Shown here one piece after another: positions 48,801 to 57,781 of a stretch of 64,000 nt of DNA (position 1 is the first letter of the stretch; every line of letters begins with the position of its first letter). The DNA is taken from contig CAVUKA010000005.1 of assembly GCA_963741945.1 (NCBI GenBank), positions 32,001 to 96,000 on the forward strand, given 5' to 3'. The notes below the pieces were generated by a model. The model saw nothing but the letters and a program-made list of their open reading frames with translations, had not been told where the DNA came from and did no database searches. Made by a program: the position numbers and the translations under genes. This DNA is from an uncultured Gemmatimonadales bacterium. Its GTDB lineage: Bacteria; Gemmatimonadota; Gemmatimonadetes; Longimicrobiales; RSA9.

Positions 48801-49089
48801 TCCGGTTCACCCCCTGCACCGGGTTGAATGCTTCCTCCAGCCGGCGTGTCACTTCCCGCTCCACCGCTTCCGGGCTCGCCCCCGGGTACACGGACTGCAC
48901 CACCACGATCGGGATGTCGATGTTCGGGAACTGGTCGATCGCCAGCTTGCGGAAACTGAAGATCCCGAGCACCACCAGCCCCATCATCACCATGCTCGTG
49001 AAGACCGGGCGCCGGATCGCGATCCCGCTCAGACCCCCACCCCCCTGCGCCGGGGCCGCGCCCCGGCCATCGTCACGCTGCTTCGACAT
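45853..49089 (-). CDS. RND efflux permease (AcrB/HAE1)
   Basis: AIRRPVF, DDAIVVIENI, TKNAILLVD, RLRPIMMT. Confidence 0.96.
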   Translation of the reverse strand: MSKQRDDGRGAAPAQGGGGLSGIAIRRPVFTSMVMMGLVVLGIFSFRKLAIDQFPNIDIPIVVVQSVYPGASPEAVEREVTRRLEEAFNPVQGVNRITSVSLEGVSQIIIEFDLDRKAEQAAQDVRAKIDAVRRSLPTELEPPVVQTFDPSAQPILSLALSSSRLSAAELTRLADEDMRRRLEAVSGVGQVQIAGGLAREIRINLDPRSMQSLGVSANEIMGALQRQNLEVPAGRLERGAREQLVRVTGRITDPAQFAQIIIATRNGQPVRLGQVATVRDATEDERSLAFVNGERAVALDILKVSGANTVRVAEDVKAELERIDQSLPANTQVQIVRDNSESIRTMVNDVIHELILGALLTVLVVMLFLNDWKATAITSMALPVSVISSFILMNALGFTLNMITLMALSLSIGILIDDAIVVIENIVRHREMGENHFNAAKWGTREIFLAVMATTLSIVAVFVPVAFMGGIIGRFFYQFGLTVTFAVLVSLFVSFTLTPMLAAWWGVEPHQEARGVWRVATRPVVAFNRWFDSQADRYRGVIGWALRHRYATAGIATAAFLGSFMLFPFIGGGFMPDADNSEFAVSFETPEGSSIDYTRQKSEQLSQVLRGIHGVDYTYTTVGAGATGTVTSGNVYVALVPRSERDRSQDDLMVAAREQLKGLYGMKTAVISASGMGGGQQPIQVNVRGPDVDVLQQLSDSLGGRMEQIAGVVDVQTSMGEPRPEYRIDVNRNVANKLGLDVGQVSATVRPLLAGQTATTWEDPSGELRDVVVQVAPSQRASLEDLLTLPIATTMRQRDGSAITVPLGQIATVERGTAPAEIDRRDLQRVATVSAGLMPDLSVAEASSEIRQTIGQMAMPPGYSAQLGGETEQLQETVGYVIEALVLAIILIFLILASQFESYTQPLAIMVSLPLSLIGVLLALLITNDTLNMMSMIGVIMLMGLVTKNAILLVDNANEGRALGKDRRTALIDAGRVRLRPIMMTTAAMIFGMLPIAVGLGEGGGFRAPMARAVIGGLITSTMLTLIVVPVAYTFLDDFGTWMKHRFVSSEKEHAIQEELEASGMKGDPVWGETGITV

Positions 49090-49090
49090 C

Positions 49091-50263
49091 CTACCGCTCC
49101 CCTTCCGCCACCGGCGTCTTCGCTTCTCCAACCTGCACGGCCGCACCATCCCGGATCTCGCCCGGGCTCACGATCACGCTCTCCCCACCCTCGAGCCCTT
49201 CCTTGATCTCCGTGGTCCCCGCGGCCAGGTCGGTGCCACCCACCACCACCGGCTGGCGCACCGCCACACCGCCACGGATCACGAACACGTACTGCTCCTC
49301 CCCCTGGCCCCGCACCGCGCCCGTGGGCACCACCGCCCCCACTTCGCTCCCGCCCGTCAGGATCCTGCCCGTGGCGTACACGCCACCCACCAGGCTGCGG
49401 CCTTCGTTCGGCAGGCGAGCGTATACACCCACCTGCCGCGTACCGGGGTCGGCCGTGGGCTCCACTCGCGCCACCGTCCCGTCGAAGTGCCGCGACGGGA
49501 ACGCCGCGATCTGGAATACAACCGGCATGCCGGGGTGGATCTCCACCGCCTCGTTCACCCCGACCTGACCCGCCAGCTCCAGCTGCCTCGCGTCCACGAT
49601 GGTCAGAAGGGCCTGACCCGGATTCACGGCCTCCCCTGCACTCACCATCCGGTCGCTCACCTCGCCGGAGATCGGCGCCGTCACCGTGGCCCGGCGAGCC
49701 GACTCGCCGGCCCCCGCCGCCTGCGCCCGCGCCGCCGCCAGCTGCGCCTGCGCCGCCTCGAAGCCGGCCTGCGCCTGCTGGTACTCCAGGTCCGATACCG
49801 CACCCGCTTCATGCAGCTTGCGCGCGGACTCCAGCTGCCGCTGCGCCAGCGCCACCTGCGCCTGCGCCGCCGCCACACCGGCCCGGGCGCTCTCGGCCGC
49901 ACCGCGGATCCCCGCGGCCTCGATCCTCGCCAGCGGCTCGCCGGCTCGCACCGCGTCGCCCCGGTCCACGCGCAGACTCGTCACCGTACCCGGAACCTGG
50001 GCGCGCACCTCGACACGCCGGTACGGCTCCAGCGTGCCGCTCACGACCACGCCCGTCTGGAACGTGTCCACCTGCACCGTCGCGACGTCCTCCGGCGACA
50101 GCGCCACCACGGTCTGACCGCCGGCTTCCGCTTCCGCGTTGCCGTTCCCGCCACACGCCGCCACGCCCGCCAGCAGCGCGAGCAGCACCGCGCCGCCTTG
50201 GATCTTCGCCTTCATTGCTCGCGTCATCCCGCGTCCCGGTCCATGATCGCTCCGCTCGCTCAT
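49091..50263 (-). CDS. RND periplasmic adaptor lipoprotein
   Basis: Lipobox VAAC, TVTAPISG, lipoyl-like halves. The true start may be a downstream Met. Confidence 0.92.
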   Translation of the reverse strand: MSERSDHGPGRGMTRAMKAKIQGGAVLLALLAGVAACGGNGNAEAEAGGQTVVALSPEDVATVQVDTFQTGVVVSGTLEPYRRVEVRAQVPGTVTSLRVDRGDAVRAGEPLARIEAAGIRGAAESARAGVAAAQAQVALAQRQLESARKLHEAGAVSDLEYQQAQAGFEAAQAQLAAARAQAAGAGESARRATVTAPISGEVSDRMVSAGEAVNPGQALLTIVDARQLELAGQVGVNEAVEIHPGMPVVFQIAAFPSRHFDGTVARVEPTADPGTRQVGVYARLPNEGRSLVGGVYATGRILTGGSEVGAVVPTGAVRGQGEEQYVFVIRGGVAVRQPVVVGGTDLAAGTTEIKEGLEGGESVIVSPGEIRDGAAVQVGEAKTPVAEGER

Positions 50264-51750
50264 CGCTCCACAATCTCCACGCCCTCACCCAGCGCCCGTT
50301 GCGCGCTCGCCAGCGCCACGTACACATCGTGATAGGCCTGCACATCGTTCAGCCGGGCCTGCTGCAGCGACAGACGCGCCTGCGACACCTCCAGCTGTGT
50401 GGCCAGTCCCTCCCGGAACCGCATCTCCGTCAGGTCGTACACCTTCTCCGCCTGCGCAACCGTGTGCCGCGCCGCCTGGATCTGGGCGCGCGCCCGCTCC
50501 AGCTCGCCCAGCGCCTGCTCGTATTGCACGCGGACGCTCTCCACCAGCTGCTTCTCCTGCAGCTGCGCTTCCCGCGCCTGCGCCTTCGCCGCGTCCACCT
50601 GCGCGTCACGAAGCGCCGCGAACACCGGCCACTTGATCGAGAATCCCACCGTCCAGTCGTCCCGCCAGTCGCCCGCGTTCGGGAACCGCATGCTCTGCGG
50701 GAACGCCTGCCGCGAGAGGTTCCCCGTCAGGGAGATCGTGGGGAAGTACGCCGCGCGTGCCATGTCCACCTGCTCCTCCCGGATCGCCACCTGCGACTCC
50801 ATGGCCCGAACCGACGCCCGCTGGTTCAGACGCTCGATCGCCTGGTCCAGCGCCGGCAGCCCCGCTTGGAACGCTTCCGCGCCCTGGGCCGGCACGATCG
50901 GCGTCGTCAGGTCCACCTCCGCGTCCAGCGGCAGGTTGATCAGCCGCTTCAGGTTGAGCATGGACAGCTCGACCGCGTTCTTCGCCTGCACCAGCTGAGG
51001 CCGCAGGTTCTCCAGCTCCACTTCCGCGCGCATCACGTCCAGCTCCGAGACGCGCCCCGCCTCGTATCGAAGCCGCACGTCGTCCCGGTGCTCCTGCGCC
51101 AGCTCCACGCTCGATTCGACGATCCGCACCGCCGACCGCGCCAGCGCCGCGTCGTAGTACGCCTGCTTCACCTGGAGCACCACCTCCCCCGCCGCATCCT
51201 CGTACGATGCCTCCGCCGCGGCCTCGTTGTGATGCGCCAGCTGAATCTCCGAGCGCACCCGCCCACCCGTGAACAACGGCTGCGAGAACGTCACCGACGC
51301 CAACCACGTGTTCTCGTTGCCGAACGGCAGGCCACTGAAAAGCTGGCCGAGGGCGCCATACGCCGCCAACGGCACCTTGTCCTCCAGGTAGCTCACCCGC
51401 TGCTCCAGCGGAGCGTTCGGGTTCGGGTCGAACTTCAGGCTGTCCGGCAGCGTGAACCCGCCCCCCACGTTCTGGAACACCGACTTCAGCGTCTTCGTGT
51501 AGCCCAGCTGCGCGCTCACCTCCGGGAGAACCGCCGCCCACGACTTTCTCGCCTGCGCCTGCGCGCCCGTCAACCGCGCCCGCGCCACACCCACTTCCTC
51601 GCTCTGGTCCAGCGCCAGCGACACCGCGTCGCCCACGCTCAGTGCCACCGCTCCCCGAGCCGTGTCCGCGGCCGCGGACGGCTCCTGCGCCACCACACCG
51701 CCAGCACCGCCGAGCAGCAGCACCACCACCCCTACCCACTTCTTGCCCAT
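50260..51750 (-). CDS. TolC-family outer membrane protein
   Basis: Signal, QPLFTGG, YFPTISL, FREGLATQLEV. Confidence 0.92.
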   Translation of the reverse strand: MGKKWVGVVVLLLGGAGGVVAQEPSAAADTARGAVALSVGDAVSLALDQSEEVGVARARLTGAQAQARKSWAAVLPEVSAQLGYTKTLKSVFQNVGGGFTLPDSLKFDPNPNAPLEQRVSYLEDKVPLAAYGALGQLFSGLPFGNENTWLASVTFSQPLFTGGRVRSEIQLAHHNEAAAEASYEDAAGEVVLQVKQAYYDAALARSAVRIVESSVELAQEHRDDVRLRYEAGRVSELDVMRAEVELENLRPQLVQAKNAVELSMLNLKRLINLPLDAEVDLTTPIVPAQGAEAFQAGLPALDQAIERLNQRASVRAMESQVAIREEQVDMARAAYFPTISLTGNLSRQAFPQSMRFPNAGDWRDDWTVGFSIKWPVFAALRDAQVDAAKAQAREAQLQEKQLVESVRVQYEQALGELERARAQIQAARHTVAQAEKVYDLTEMRFREGLATQLEVSQARLSLQQARLNDVQAYHDVYVALASAQRALGEGVEIVER

Positions 51751-51753
51751 GAC

Positions 51754-52248
51754 CTATGCCTTTCCGCCTTCGGTCCGCTCCCGACCCGGCGCATCCTCGT
51801 TCTCGAACTTCTCGCTCCACTCCCGCGCGGCACGCGACAGCGCTTCCACGATGTGCGTCTGGAACGCCAGCCACGTCTCCAGCCTCGACGTCACCACCGC
51901 GTCCGCGCCCGACGCCACTTTCAACGCGTCCGCAAGAAGATCCTGCGTGTCCCGCAGCTGCCGCAATCTCACTTCGAGCAGCTTCGCGTGCAGGTCCTCC
52001 GTGATCCGGTAGTAGTCCCGTCGGTCACCCGGGCGCGACGCACGCTCCACTACACCCGCGCGCTCCAGCAGCCGCGCGTTCGTGCTCGCGCTCGTCTTGC
52101 TCGCCAGCAGATCGTCCGCCATCTCGTCCAGCGACTTCGGCTCCCGCGCCAGAAGCAGGTAACCCAGGATCCGGCCCGCGATCCGAGGCAGCCCGTCCGC
52201 CTCGAACTTCAGCCCTGTCCGCTCGACGATCTCGTTCGCTCCGTCCAC
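51754..52248 (-). CDS. GbsR/MarR-family regulator
   Basis: GLPRIAGRILGYLL, SLDEMA..L.ASK.S.STN, PGDRRDYY. Confidence 0.9.
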   Translation of the reverse strand: MDGANEIVERTGLKFEADGLPRIAGRILGYLLLAREPKSLDEMADDLLASKTSASTNARLLERAGVVERASRPGDRRDYYRITEDLHAKLLEVRLRQLRDTQDLLADALKVASGADAVVTSRLETWLAFQTHIVEALSRAAREWSEKFENEDAPGRERTEGGKA

Positions 52249-52307
52249 TTCCTCGCCTCCACGACCGGTCCCCGCCCCGGCACCCCCTCCGGCCCGCGGC
52301 GGTCCGA

Positions 52308-52344
52308 ACCCTAATGGTTTCCGTTCGTTCGGTCAACACCGAAC
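52308..52344 (-). promoter_or_regulatory. sigma70 promoter with operator palindrome over the -35
   Basis: Minus strand TTGACC-17 nt-TAGGGT. Palindrome GTTCGGT-CAAC-ACCGAAC at 52327-52344. Confidence 0.75.
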
Positions 52345-52412
52345 ATACCGTAACTACCGCTCCCGGAACCCGCACCCTGATTCCGGCCAACCGGGCGGCC
52401 GTTCCGGGACGC

Positions 52413-52451
52413 GGAAAGGCCCGGGCGGAGATGCTCCGCCCGGGCCTTTCC
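52413..52451 (-). terminator. Terminator hairpin after the ompA-like gene
   Basis: GGAAAGGCCCGGGCGGAG-ATG-CTCCGCCCGGGCCTTTCC, 18-bp stem. Confidence 0.75.
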
Positions 52452-52473
52452 CGACTGGTGCCGGCAGTCCGGA

Positions 52474-53154
52474 CTAGAGTCCGGGGTGCTGCTGCTCGAG
52501 GTCGTTGCGCCACTGCTTGTCGGCGTAGATGACGACCTCGACGCGGCGGTTCAGCTGGCGCCCCTCCGCTGTGTCGTTGGAGGCGACGGGGTCGCTCTCG
52601 CCGAGACCGCGGGTGGAGATGCGCCCGGGGGCCACGCCCATGGTGCGGAGGTACTCGGCGGCCGAGCTCGCCCGGCGCTGCGAGAGCGCCTGGTTGTAGG
52701 GGTCGGAGCCGGTGGCGTCGGTGTGTCCGAGGATGCTCACGTCCGTGTTCGGGTACCGGCGCAGGTTGTCCGCGAGGGCGCCGAGATTGTCGCGCGCCGT
52801 GGGACGGAGGTTGGAGCTGTCGAAGTCGAACAGGATGCCGTTGTCGAACGTTACGACGATCCCCTCGCCGACCCGCGACACCGTGGCGCCTTCGACGCTC
52901 TGTTCGATGGATTTCGCCTGCTGGTCCATCTGGTGGCCGATGATGGCGCCCGCCGCGCCACCCACGGCCGCGCCCACGATGGCGCCCTTTGCCGTGGAGC
53001 CGACCTGATTCCCGACGACCGCGCCGACTGCCGCCCCCGTGCCGGCACCGATCACGGCGCCCTTCTCCTTGTTGTTCCAGCTCGCGCACGCACTGGTGCC
53101 GATCATCGCGCCCACTGCGAGCACCGCGACCGGCAGCCGCATCGCCTGTCTCAT
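52474..53154 (-). CDS. OmpA-family glycine-zipper lipoprotein (YiaD-like)
   Basis: Lipobox TSAC, Gly zipper, ILFDFD, GHTDATG, LSQRRA, NRRVE. Confidence 0.93.
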   Translation of the reverse strand: MRQAMRLPVAVLAVGAMIGTSACASWNNKEKGAVIGAGTGAAVGAVVGNQVGSTAKGAIVGAAVGGAAGAIIGHQMDQQAKSIEQSVEGATVSRVGEGIVVTFDNGILFDFDSSNLRPTARDNLGALADNLRRYPNTDVSILGHTDATGSDPYNQALSQRRASSAAEYLRTMGVAPGRISTRGLGESDPVASNDTAEGRQLNRRVEVVIYADKQWRNDLEQQHPGL

Positions 53155-53198
53155 ATGTACTCTCCCCCTGGTTGGGATCTGGTCCATTCGCCCTTCCT

Positions 53199-53219
53199 CG
53201 TGGCAAGCCCGGTGCCACG
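53199..53219 (-). promoter_or_regulatory. sigma54 promoter within a palindrome
   Basis: Minus strand TGGCACCGGGCTTGCC. The site is CGTGGCA-N7-TGCCACG. Confidence 0.7.
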
Positions 53220-53362
53220 CCTCCTCCTGCCGCCCCGCGGCCCGCCCTGGCGCGTCCCCCGCGCATCCGTCGCAGTGCGTTGTCGGCGCGCCCTTCGTGT
53301 CCCCCTGGGAGGACATATACCCGTCCGTGCACGGGACGCCGCGGCCGTCTTACCTTTGGGCA

Positions 53363-55969
53363 ATGACAGAATGGCGGAGAGCAGTGGCGGACCTGCCCAT
53401 CCTGGGGGTCCTCGAGGAGCTCCGGGCGGCGCTGTCGAGCCTGGGCGCCGGGGTGCTGGTGGCGCCGCCGGGCGCGGGCAAGACCACGGTGGTACCGCTG
53501 GCGTTGCTGGAAGCGGAGTGGCTCGGGGGCGGCCGGATCGTGGTGCTCGAGCCGCGGCGGCTGGCGGCGCGGGCGGCGGCGGCGCGGATGTCGTGGCTGC
53601 TGGGGGAGGGGGGCGTGGGCGGGACGGTGGGCTACCGGATCCGTGGCGACACGCGCGTGAGCCGGCGCACGCGGGTGGAAGTGGTGACGGAAGGGGTGCT
53701 CACGCGGATGCTCCAGTCGGACCCGTCGCTCGGGGGCGTGGCCGCGGTGCTCTTCGACGAGTTCCACGAGCGTTCGGTCCACGCGGATCTCGGTCTGGCG
53801 CTGGCGCTGCACTGCCGGTCGCTCCTGCGGCCGGGGCTGCGGCTGGTGGTCATGTCGGCCACACTGGACGCGTCGCCGGCCGCGGCGCTCGTGGGGGACG
53901 CGCCGGTGGTCGCGAGCGAGGGCCGGCTCCACCCGGTCGAGACGCGCTGGCGACGCGCCCCCGTGGAAGGGTGGATCGAGCCGGCGGTGGTCCGGACGGT
54001 GCTGAACGCCCTGGCGCGCGACGACGGGGACTTCCTGGTCTTCCTACCGGGCGCCGCTGAGATCCGGAGGACGGAGTCGCGGCTCGCCGAGGCCGGGCTT
54101 TCGCCGGACGTGTTCGTGGTCCCGCTCTTCGGCAGCCTCTCTCGCGAGGAGCAGGACCGGGCCATCCTCCCGAGCCCTCCGGGGCGGCGCAAAGTGGTGC
54201 TGGCCACATCGATCGCGGAGACGTCGCTCACCATCGAGGGCGTGCGCGTGGTGGTGGATGCGGGGCTGATGCGGGTGCCCCGCTTCGATCCCGGCACGGG
54301 GATGACCCGGCTGGAGACCGTGCGGGTGACGCGCGACGCGGCGGATCAGCGGCGCGGACGGGCGGGCCGCACCGCCCCGGGGGTCTGCTACCGGCTGTGG
54401 ACGCGGGCGGAGGAGCGAGGGCTGGTGCCCCACCGTCGCCCGGAGATCCTGGAGGCCGACCTGGCGCCGCTCGCGCTGGAGCTGGCCGTTTGGGGCGCTT
54501 CCGCGGACGAGCTGCGCTGGCTCGATCCGCCGCCCGCCCCTGCGCTGGCGCAGGCCCGGGAGCTCCTGCGGGAGCTGGAAGCGGTGGACGGGAACGGCGC
54601 GGCCACGGACCACGGCCGCCGCATCGCCGCCATCGGCGCCCACCCGCGCCTCGCCCACATGCTGTTGCGCGCCCGCGAGCTGGGCATGGGGGAGGTCGGC
54701 GCCGATGTGGCCGCGCTCCTGTCGGAGCGCGACATCCTCCGCGGCGAGGGGCGCGCCCCGGACGCGGACCTGCGGCTGCGCGTGGACGCCCTGTCGGCCG
54801 CGCGCGCCCACCGGAGCGCGGACGTTTCCACCATTCCTGGGCAGCTGGTGCTGGGCGCCCGGCTGCGGGCGGTGCTCCGGGAGGCATCGCTCCTCCGGTC
54901 CGCCGGGGCGAGCGCCGCGGGCAGTGAGCCGGGTGAGGGATCTCTGGCGGACCCACGCCCGGGTGGGGCATCGCTCGCAGGCGACGCGGGGGCGGCCGCC
55001 TTCGTGGGCGTGGGCGAGCTCGCGGCGCTGGCCTACCCCGACCGGGTGGGGCGGAAGCGCCCGGGGGAGCGCGGCCGGTACCTGCTTCGGAACGGTCGCG
55101 GGGCCGCGTTCACGGAGCCGCAGCCACTGGGCGGAGCGGAGTGGCTGGTGGCCGCGGAAGTGGAAGGCGGGGGCGCGGACGCCCGCATCCTGCGCGCCGC
55201 CCCCGTGTCGCTGGACTCCGTGGAGCGGCTGTTCGCTGCGCAGATCCAGGAGATGGACGAGATCGCCTGGTCCGCCGGTGAGGGGCGGGTGGTGGCACGC
55301 AGGGTCCGCCGCCTGGGCGCGCTGACGTTCTCGGAAGCGCCGCTCCGCGACCCGCCGGCGGAGCGGGTGTCGGCCGCGCTCCTGGACGGAATCCGCGACG
55401 CAGGGCTGACCGCGCTGCCGTGGACGAAGGACACGCGCCAGCTCCAGGAACGGCTGGTCTTTCTCCACGGCCTCGATCCCGCCACACGGCCGGACCGGAG
55501 GGATGCGGCGCTGGAATCATCGCTCGAAGCGTGGTTGCTCCCCTTCCTCTCCGGGATGCGCCGCCTCGGCGACCTCCGCGGCGTGGACCTGGCCGAGGCG
55601 CTGCTGGCGGGCGTCTCGTGGGACGCGCGCGCGCGCCTCGACGCCCTGGCGCCCACACACGTGGAAGTCCCCAGCGGGTCCCGGATCCGTGTCGATTACT
55701 CGGAGCCCACCGCCCCGGCCCTGGCCGTCCGCCTGCAGGAAGTCTTCGGCTGGCAGGACACGCCCCGCGTCGGCGGCGGACGCGTGCCCCTCACCATGCG
55801 GCTCCTCTCTCCAGCGCAGCGGCCCGTCCAGGTGACACAGGACCTGGCCAGCTTCTGGCGCGACGCCTACTTCGAAGTTCGCAAGGACATGCGGGGGCGG
55901 TATCCGAAGCACTACTGGCCCGAGGACCCGCTGCGCGCCACGCCCACACGCCGGGTGCGGCCCGACTAG
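53363..55969 (+). CDS. hrpB: ATP-dependent RNA helicase HrpB
   Basis: GAGKTT, EPRRLAAR, DEFHER, SAT, QRRGRAGR, C-terminal GRYPKHYWPEDP. Confidence 0.96.
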   Translation: MTEWRRAVADLPILGVLEELRAALSSLGAGVLVAPPGAGKTTVVPLALLEAEWLGGGRIVVLEPRRLAARAAAARMSWLLGEGGVGGTVGYRIRGDTRVSRRTRVEVVTEGVLTRMLQSDPSLGGVAAVLFDEFHERSVHADLGLALALHCRSLLRPGLRLVVMSATLDASPAAALVGDAPVVASEGRLHPVETRWRRAPVEGWIEPAVVRTVLNALARDDGDFLVFLPGAAEIRRTESRLAEAGLSPDVFVVPLFGSLSREEQDRAILPSPPGRRKVVLATSIAETSLTIEGVRVVVDAGLMRVPRFDPGTGMTRLETVRVTRDAADQRRGRAGRTAPGVCYRLWTRAEERGLVPHRRPEILEADLAPLALELAVWGASADELRWLDPPPAPALAQARELLRELEAVDGNGAATDHGRRIAAIGAHPRLAHMLLRARELGMGEVGADVAALLSERDILRGEGRAPDADLRLRVDALSAARAHRSADVSTIPGQLVLGARLRAVLREASLLRSAGASAAGSEPGEGSLADPRPGGASLAGDAGAAAFVGVGELAALAYPDRVGRKRPGERGRYLLRNGRGAAFTEPQPLGGAEWLVAAEVEGGGADARILRAAPVSLDSVERLFAAQIQEMDEIAWSAGEGRVVARRVRRLGALTFSEAPLRDPPAERVSAALLDGIRDAGLTALPWTKDTRQLQERLVFLHGLDPATRPDRRDAALESSLEAWLLPFLSGMRRLGDLRGVDLAEALLAGVSWDARARLDALAPTHVEVPSGSRIRVDYSEPTAPALAVRLQEVFGWQDTPRVGGGRVPLTMRLLSPAQRPVQVTQDLASFWRDAYFEVRKDMRGRYPKHYWPEDPLRATPTRRVRPD

Positions 55970-56053
55970 CGAGGGCCGCGGAACAGCCGCGCGCGCGGCT
56001 CCGACCGCCCGAGTGACACGCGCCCGCGACGGCCGCTCTCGCCCGCAGCCTCC

Positions 56054-57772
56054 CTACACCGCCGTCCGCTCCTCCCGCATCCGGGCCACCACATCGTGCG
56101 CCAGCGGGAACCAGCGCATGCGCTCGAAGTCGGACTCCAGGGCGGCGGGCTCGATGTCCATGCCCGGCACTTCCTCCTCGGCGTGCCGGCGGATCCGGTC
56201 CGCTTCGAGGAAGTACTCCTCGAACGCGCTCTCGTCGGCGCGGGTGTGGTGCGATCGGAAGTGGAGCTCGGCGCCCTGATAGCGTACGTCGTTCAGGCTC
56301 ATGGGCGCGTGGGCCTTCCAGTCGCGGTGTCGCCAGTCCCCGCTGCTGGCATCGAAATCGTAGTACGGGAGCAACTTCCAGCCGTGCGTGGCCACCCAAT
56401 CCACGGCCAGCAGGATGAAATCGGCTTCCTCTTCCGAGATGAAGTAGTTGAAGCCCACGCGCGTCCAGCCGGGCTTCAGGCCGCGGCACCCCTGCTCGAT
56501 CTTGCGGACGTGGTCGTCCAGCTCCCGCCCCTGGATGCCCAGGAGCCGCGCGCCATAGGGACCCGCGCACGAGCACCCGCCCCGCGCCTGGATGCCGAAC
56601 AGGTCGTTCAGCAGCGCGGTCACCAGATCGTGGTGCACGTGCCACCGCTCGCCCCAGCGGACCGCGAACGAGATGATGGCGAGCCGGTGGGCGTCGTGGG
56701 GACCGAGCACGTCCAGCCGCGGGTTCCGCTCCCACGCCGCGATGGCACGGCGCGTGAACCCGTCCTCCAACACGCGGATCGTGTCCGTCCCGACGGCTTC
56801 CTTCAGCTGGAACACCAGCCCGGCCCGGATCGCCTCGATGATCGCGGGCGTGCCGCCCTCCTCCCGCATCTCCGGCTCGGCCATGTAGCGGTGATAGCTC
56901 TCCGTCACGAACTCGACTGTGCCGCCACCCGGACGGCTCGGCACCCGGTTCTGGAACAGGCGACGCTTGGCGATCACCACGCCCGGCGTGCCCGGCCCGC
57001 CCACGAACTTGTGAGGCGAGAGGAACACGGCATCCTTGTAGTCCAGCGGATCGCCATGCCCGTTCATGGCGATGTCCACGTACGGACCCGCCGCGGCGAA
57101 GTCCCAGAACGACAGCGCTCCATGCTGGTGCAGCAGACGCGACACCGCACTGGCGTCCGTCACGACGCCCGTGACGTTCGACGCGGCGGAGAAGCTGCCG
57201 ATGCGGACGGCACGGTGCGCATACTCCTCCAGCCGACGCTCGAGCTCACCCAGGTGGATCCGGCCATCGGCGTCCTCGTGGATCACCACCACGTCGGCGA
57301 TGGACTCGCGCCACGGCAGCTCGTTGCTGTGGTGCTCGTACGGGCCGATGAACACCACCGGCCGGTCCTGCTCCGGGATGCGGTCCATCAGGTCGTAGCG
57401 CGACGACAGGTCGCTGGGAAGGCAGAGATTGAGCACCTCGATGAGCGTGTGCACCGCCCCCGTGGCGCCGGACCCGGTGAAGATCAGGACGTCCTCCGGC
57501 CCCGCGCCGGCGGCATCCTTGATCACCTGCCGCGCTTCTTCCCGGAAGCGCGTGGTCTGCCGCCCCGTCCCCGATGTTTCCGTGTGGGTGTTCGCGTAGA
57601 GCGGGAGGACTTCACGACGCACGAAGTCCTCGATGAACGAGAGGGAGCGCCCCGAGGCGGTGTAGTCCGCGTACGTGATCCGACGGTAGCCGTAGGGCGT
57701 TTCGATGGCTTCGTCGGCCCCGATCACCGACGAGCGGATCAGGGCGATCAGGTCCTGCGTGGCATGTTCCAT
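56054..57772 (-). CDS. Class V PLP aminotransferase / cysteine desulfurase-like
   Basis: YADYTASG, YANTH, EHHSN, SPHKF, GGTP, RGGCSCA. Confidence 0.9.
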   Translation of the reverse strand: MEHATQDLIALIRSSVIGADEAIETPYGYRRITYADYTASGRSLSFIEDFVRREVLPLYANTHTETSGTGRQTTRFREEARQVIKDAAGAGPEDVLIFTGSGATGAVHTLIEVLNLCLPSDLSSRYDLMDRIPEQDRPVVFIGPYEHHSNELPWRESIADVVVIHEDADGRIHLGELERRLEEYAHRAVRIGSFSAASNVTGVVTDASAVSRLLHQHGALSFWDFAAAGPYVDIAMNGHGDPLDYKDAVFLSPHKFVGGPGTPGVVIAKRRLFQNRVPSRPGGGTVEFVTESYHRYMAEPEMREEGGTPAIIEAIRAGLVFQLKEAVGTDTIRVLEDGFTRRAIAAWERNPRLDVLGPHDAHRLAIISFAVRWGERWHVHHDLVTALLNDLFGIQARGGCSCAGPYGARLLGIQGRELDDHVRKIEQGCRGLKPGWTRVGFNYFISEEEADFILLAVDWVATHGWKLLPYYDFDASSGDWRHRDWKAHAPMSLNDVRYQGAELHFRSHHTRADESAFEEYFLEADRIRRHAEEEVPGMDIEPAALESDFERMRWFPLAHDVVARMREERTAV

Positions 57773-57781
57773 GGCCGGAAT

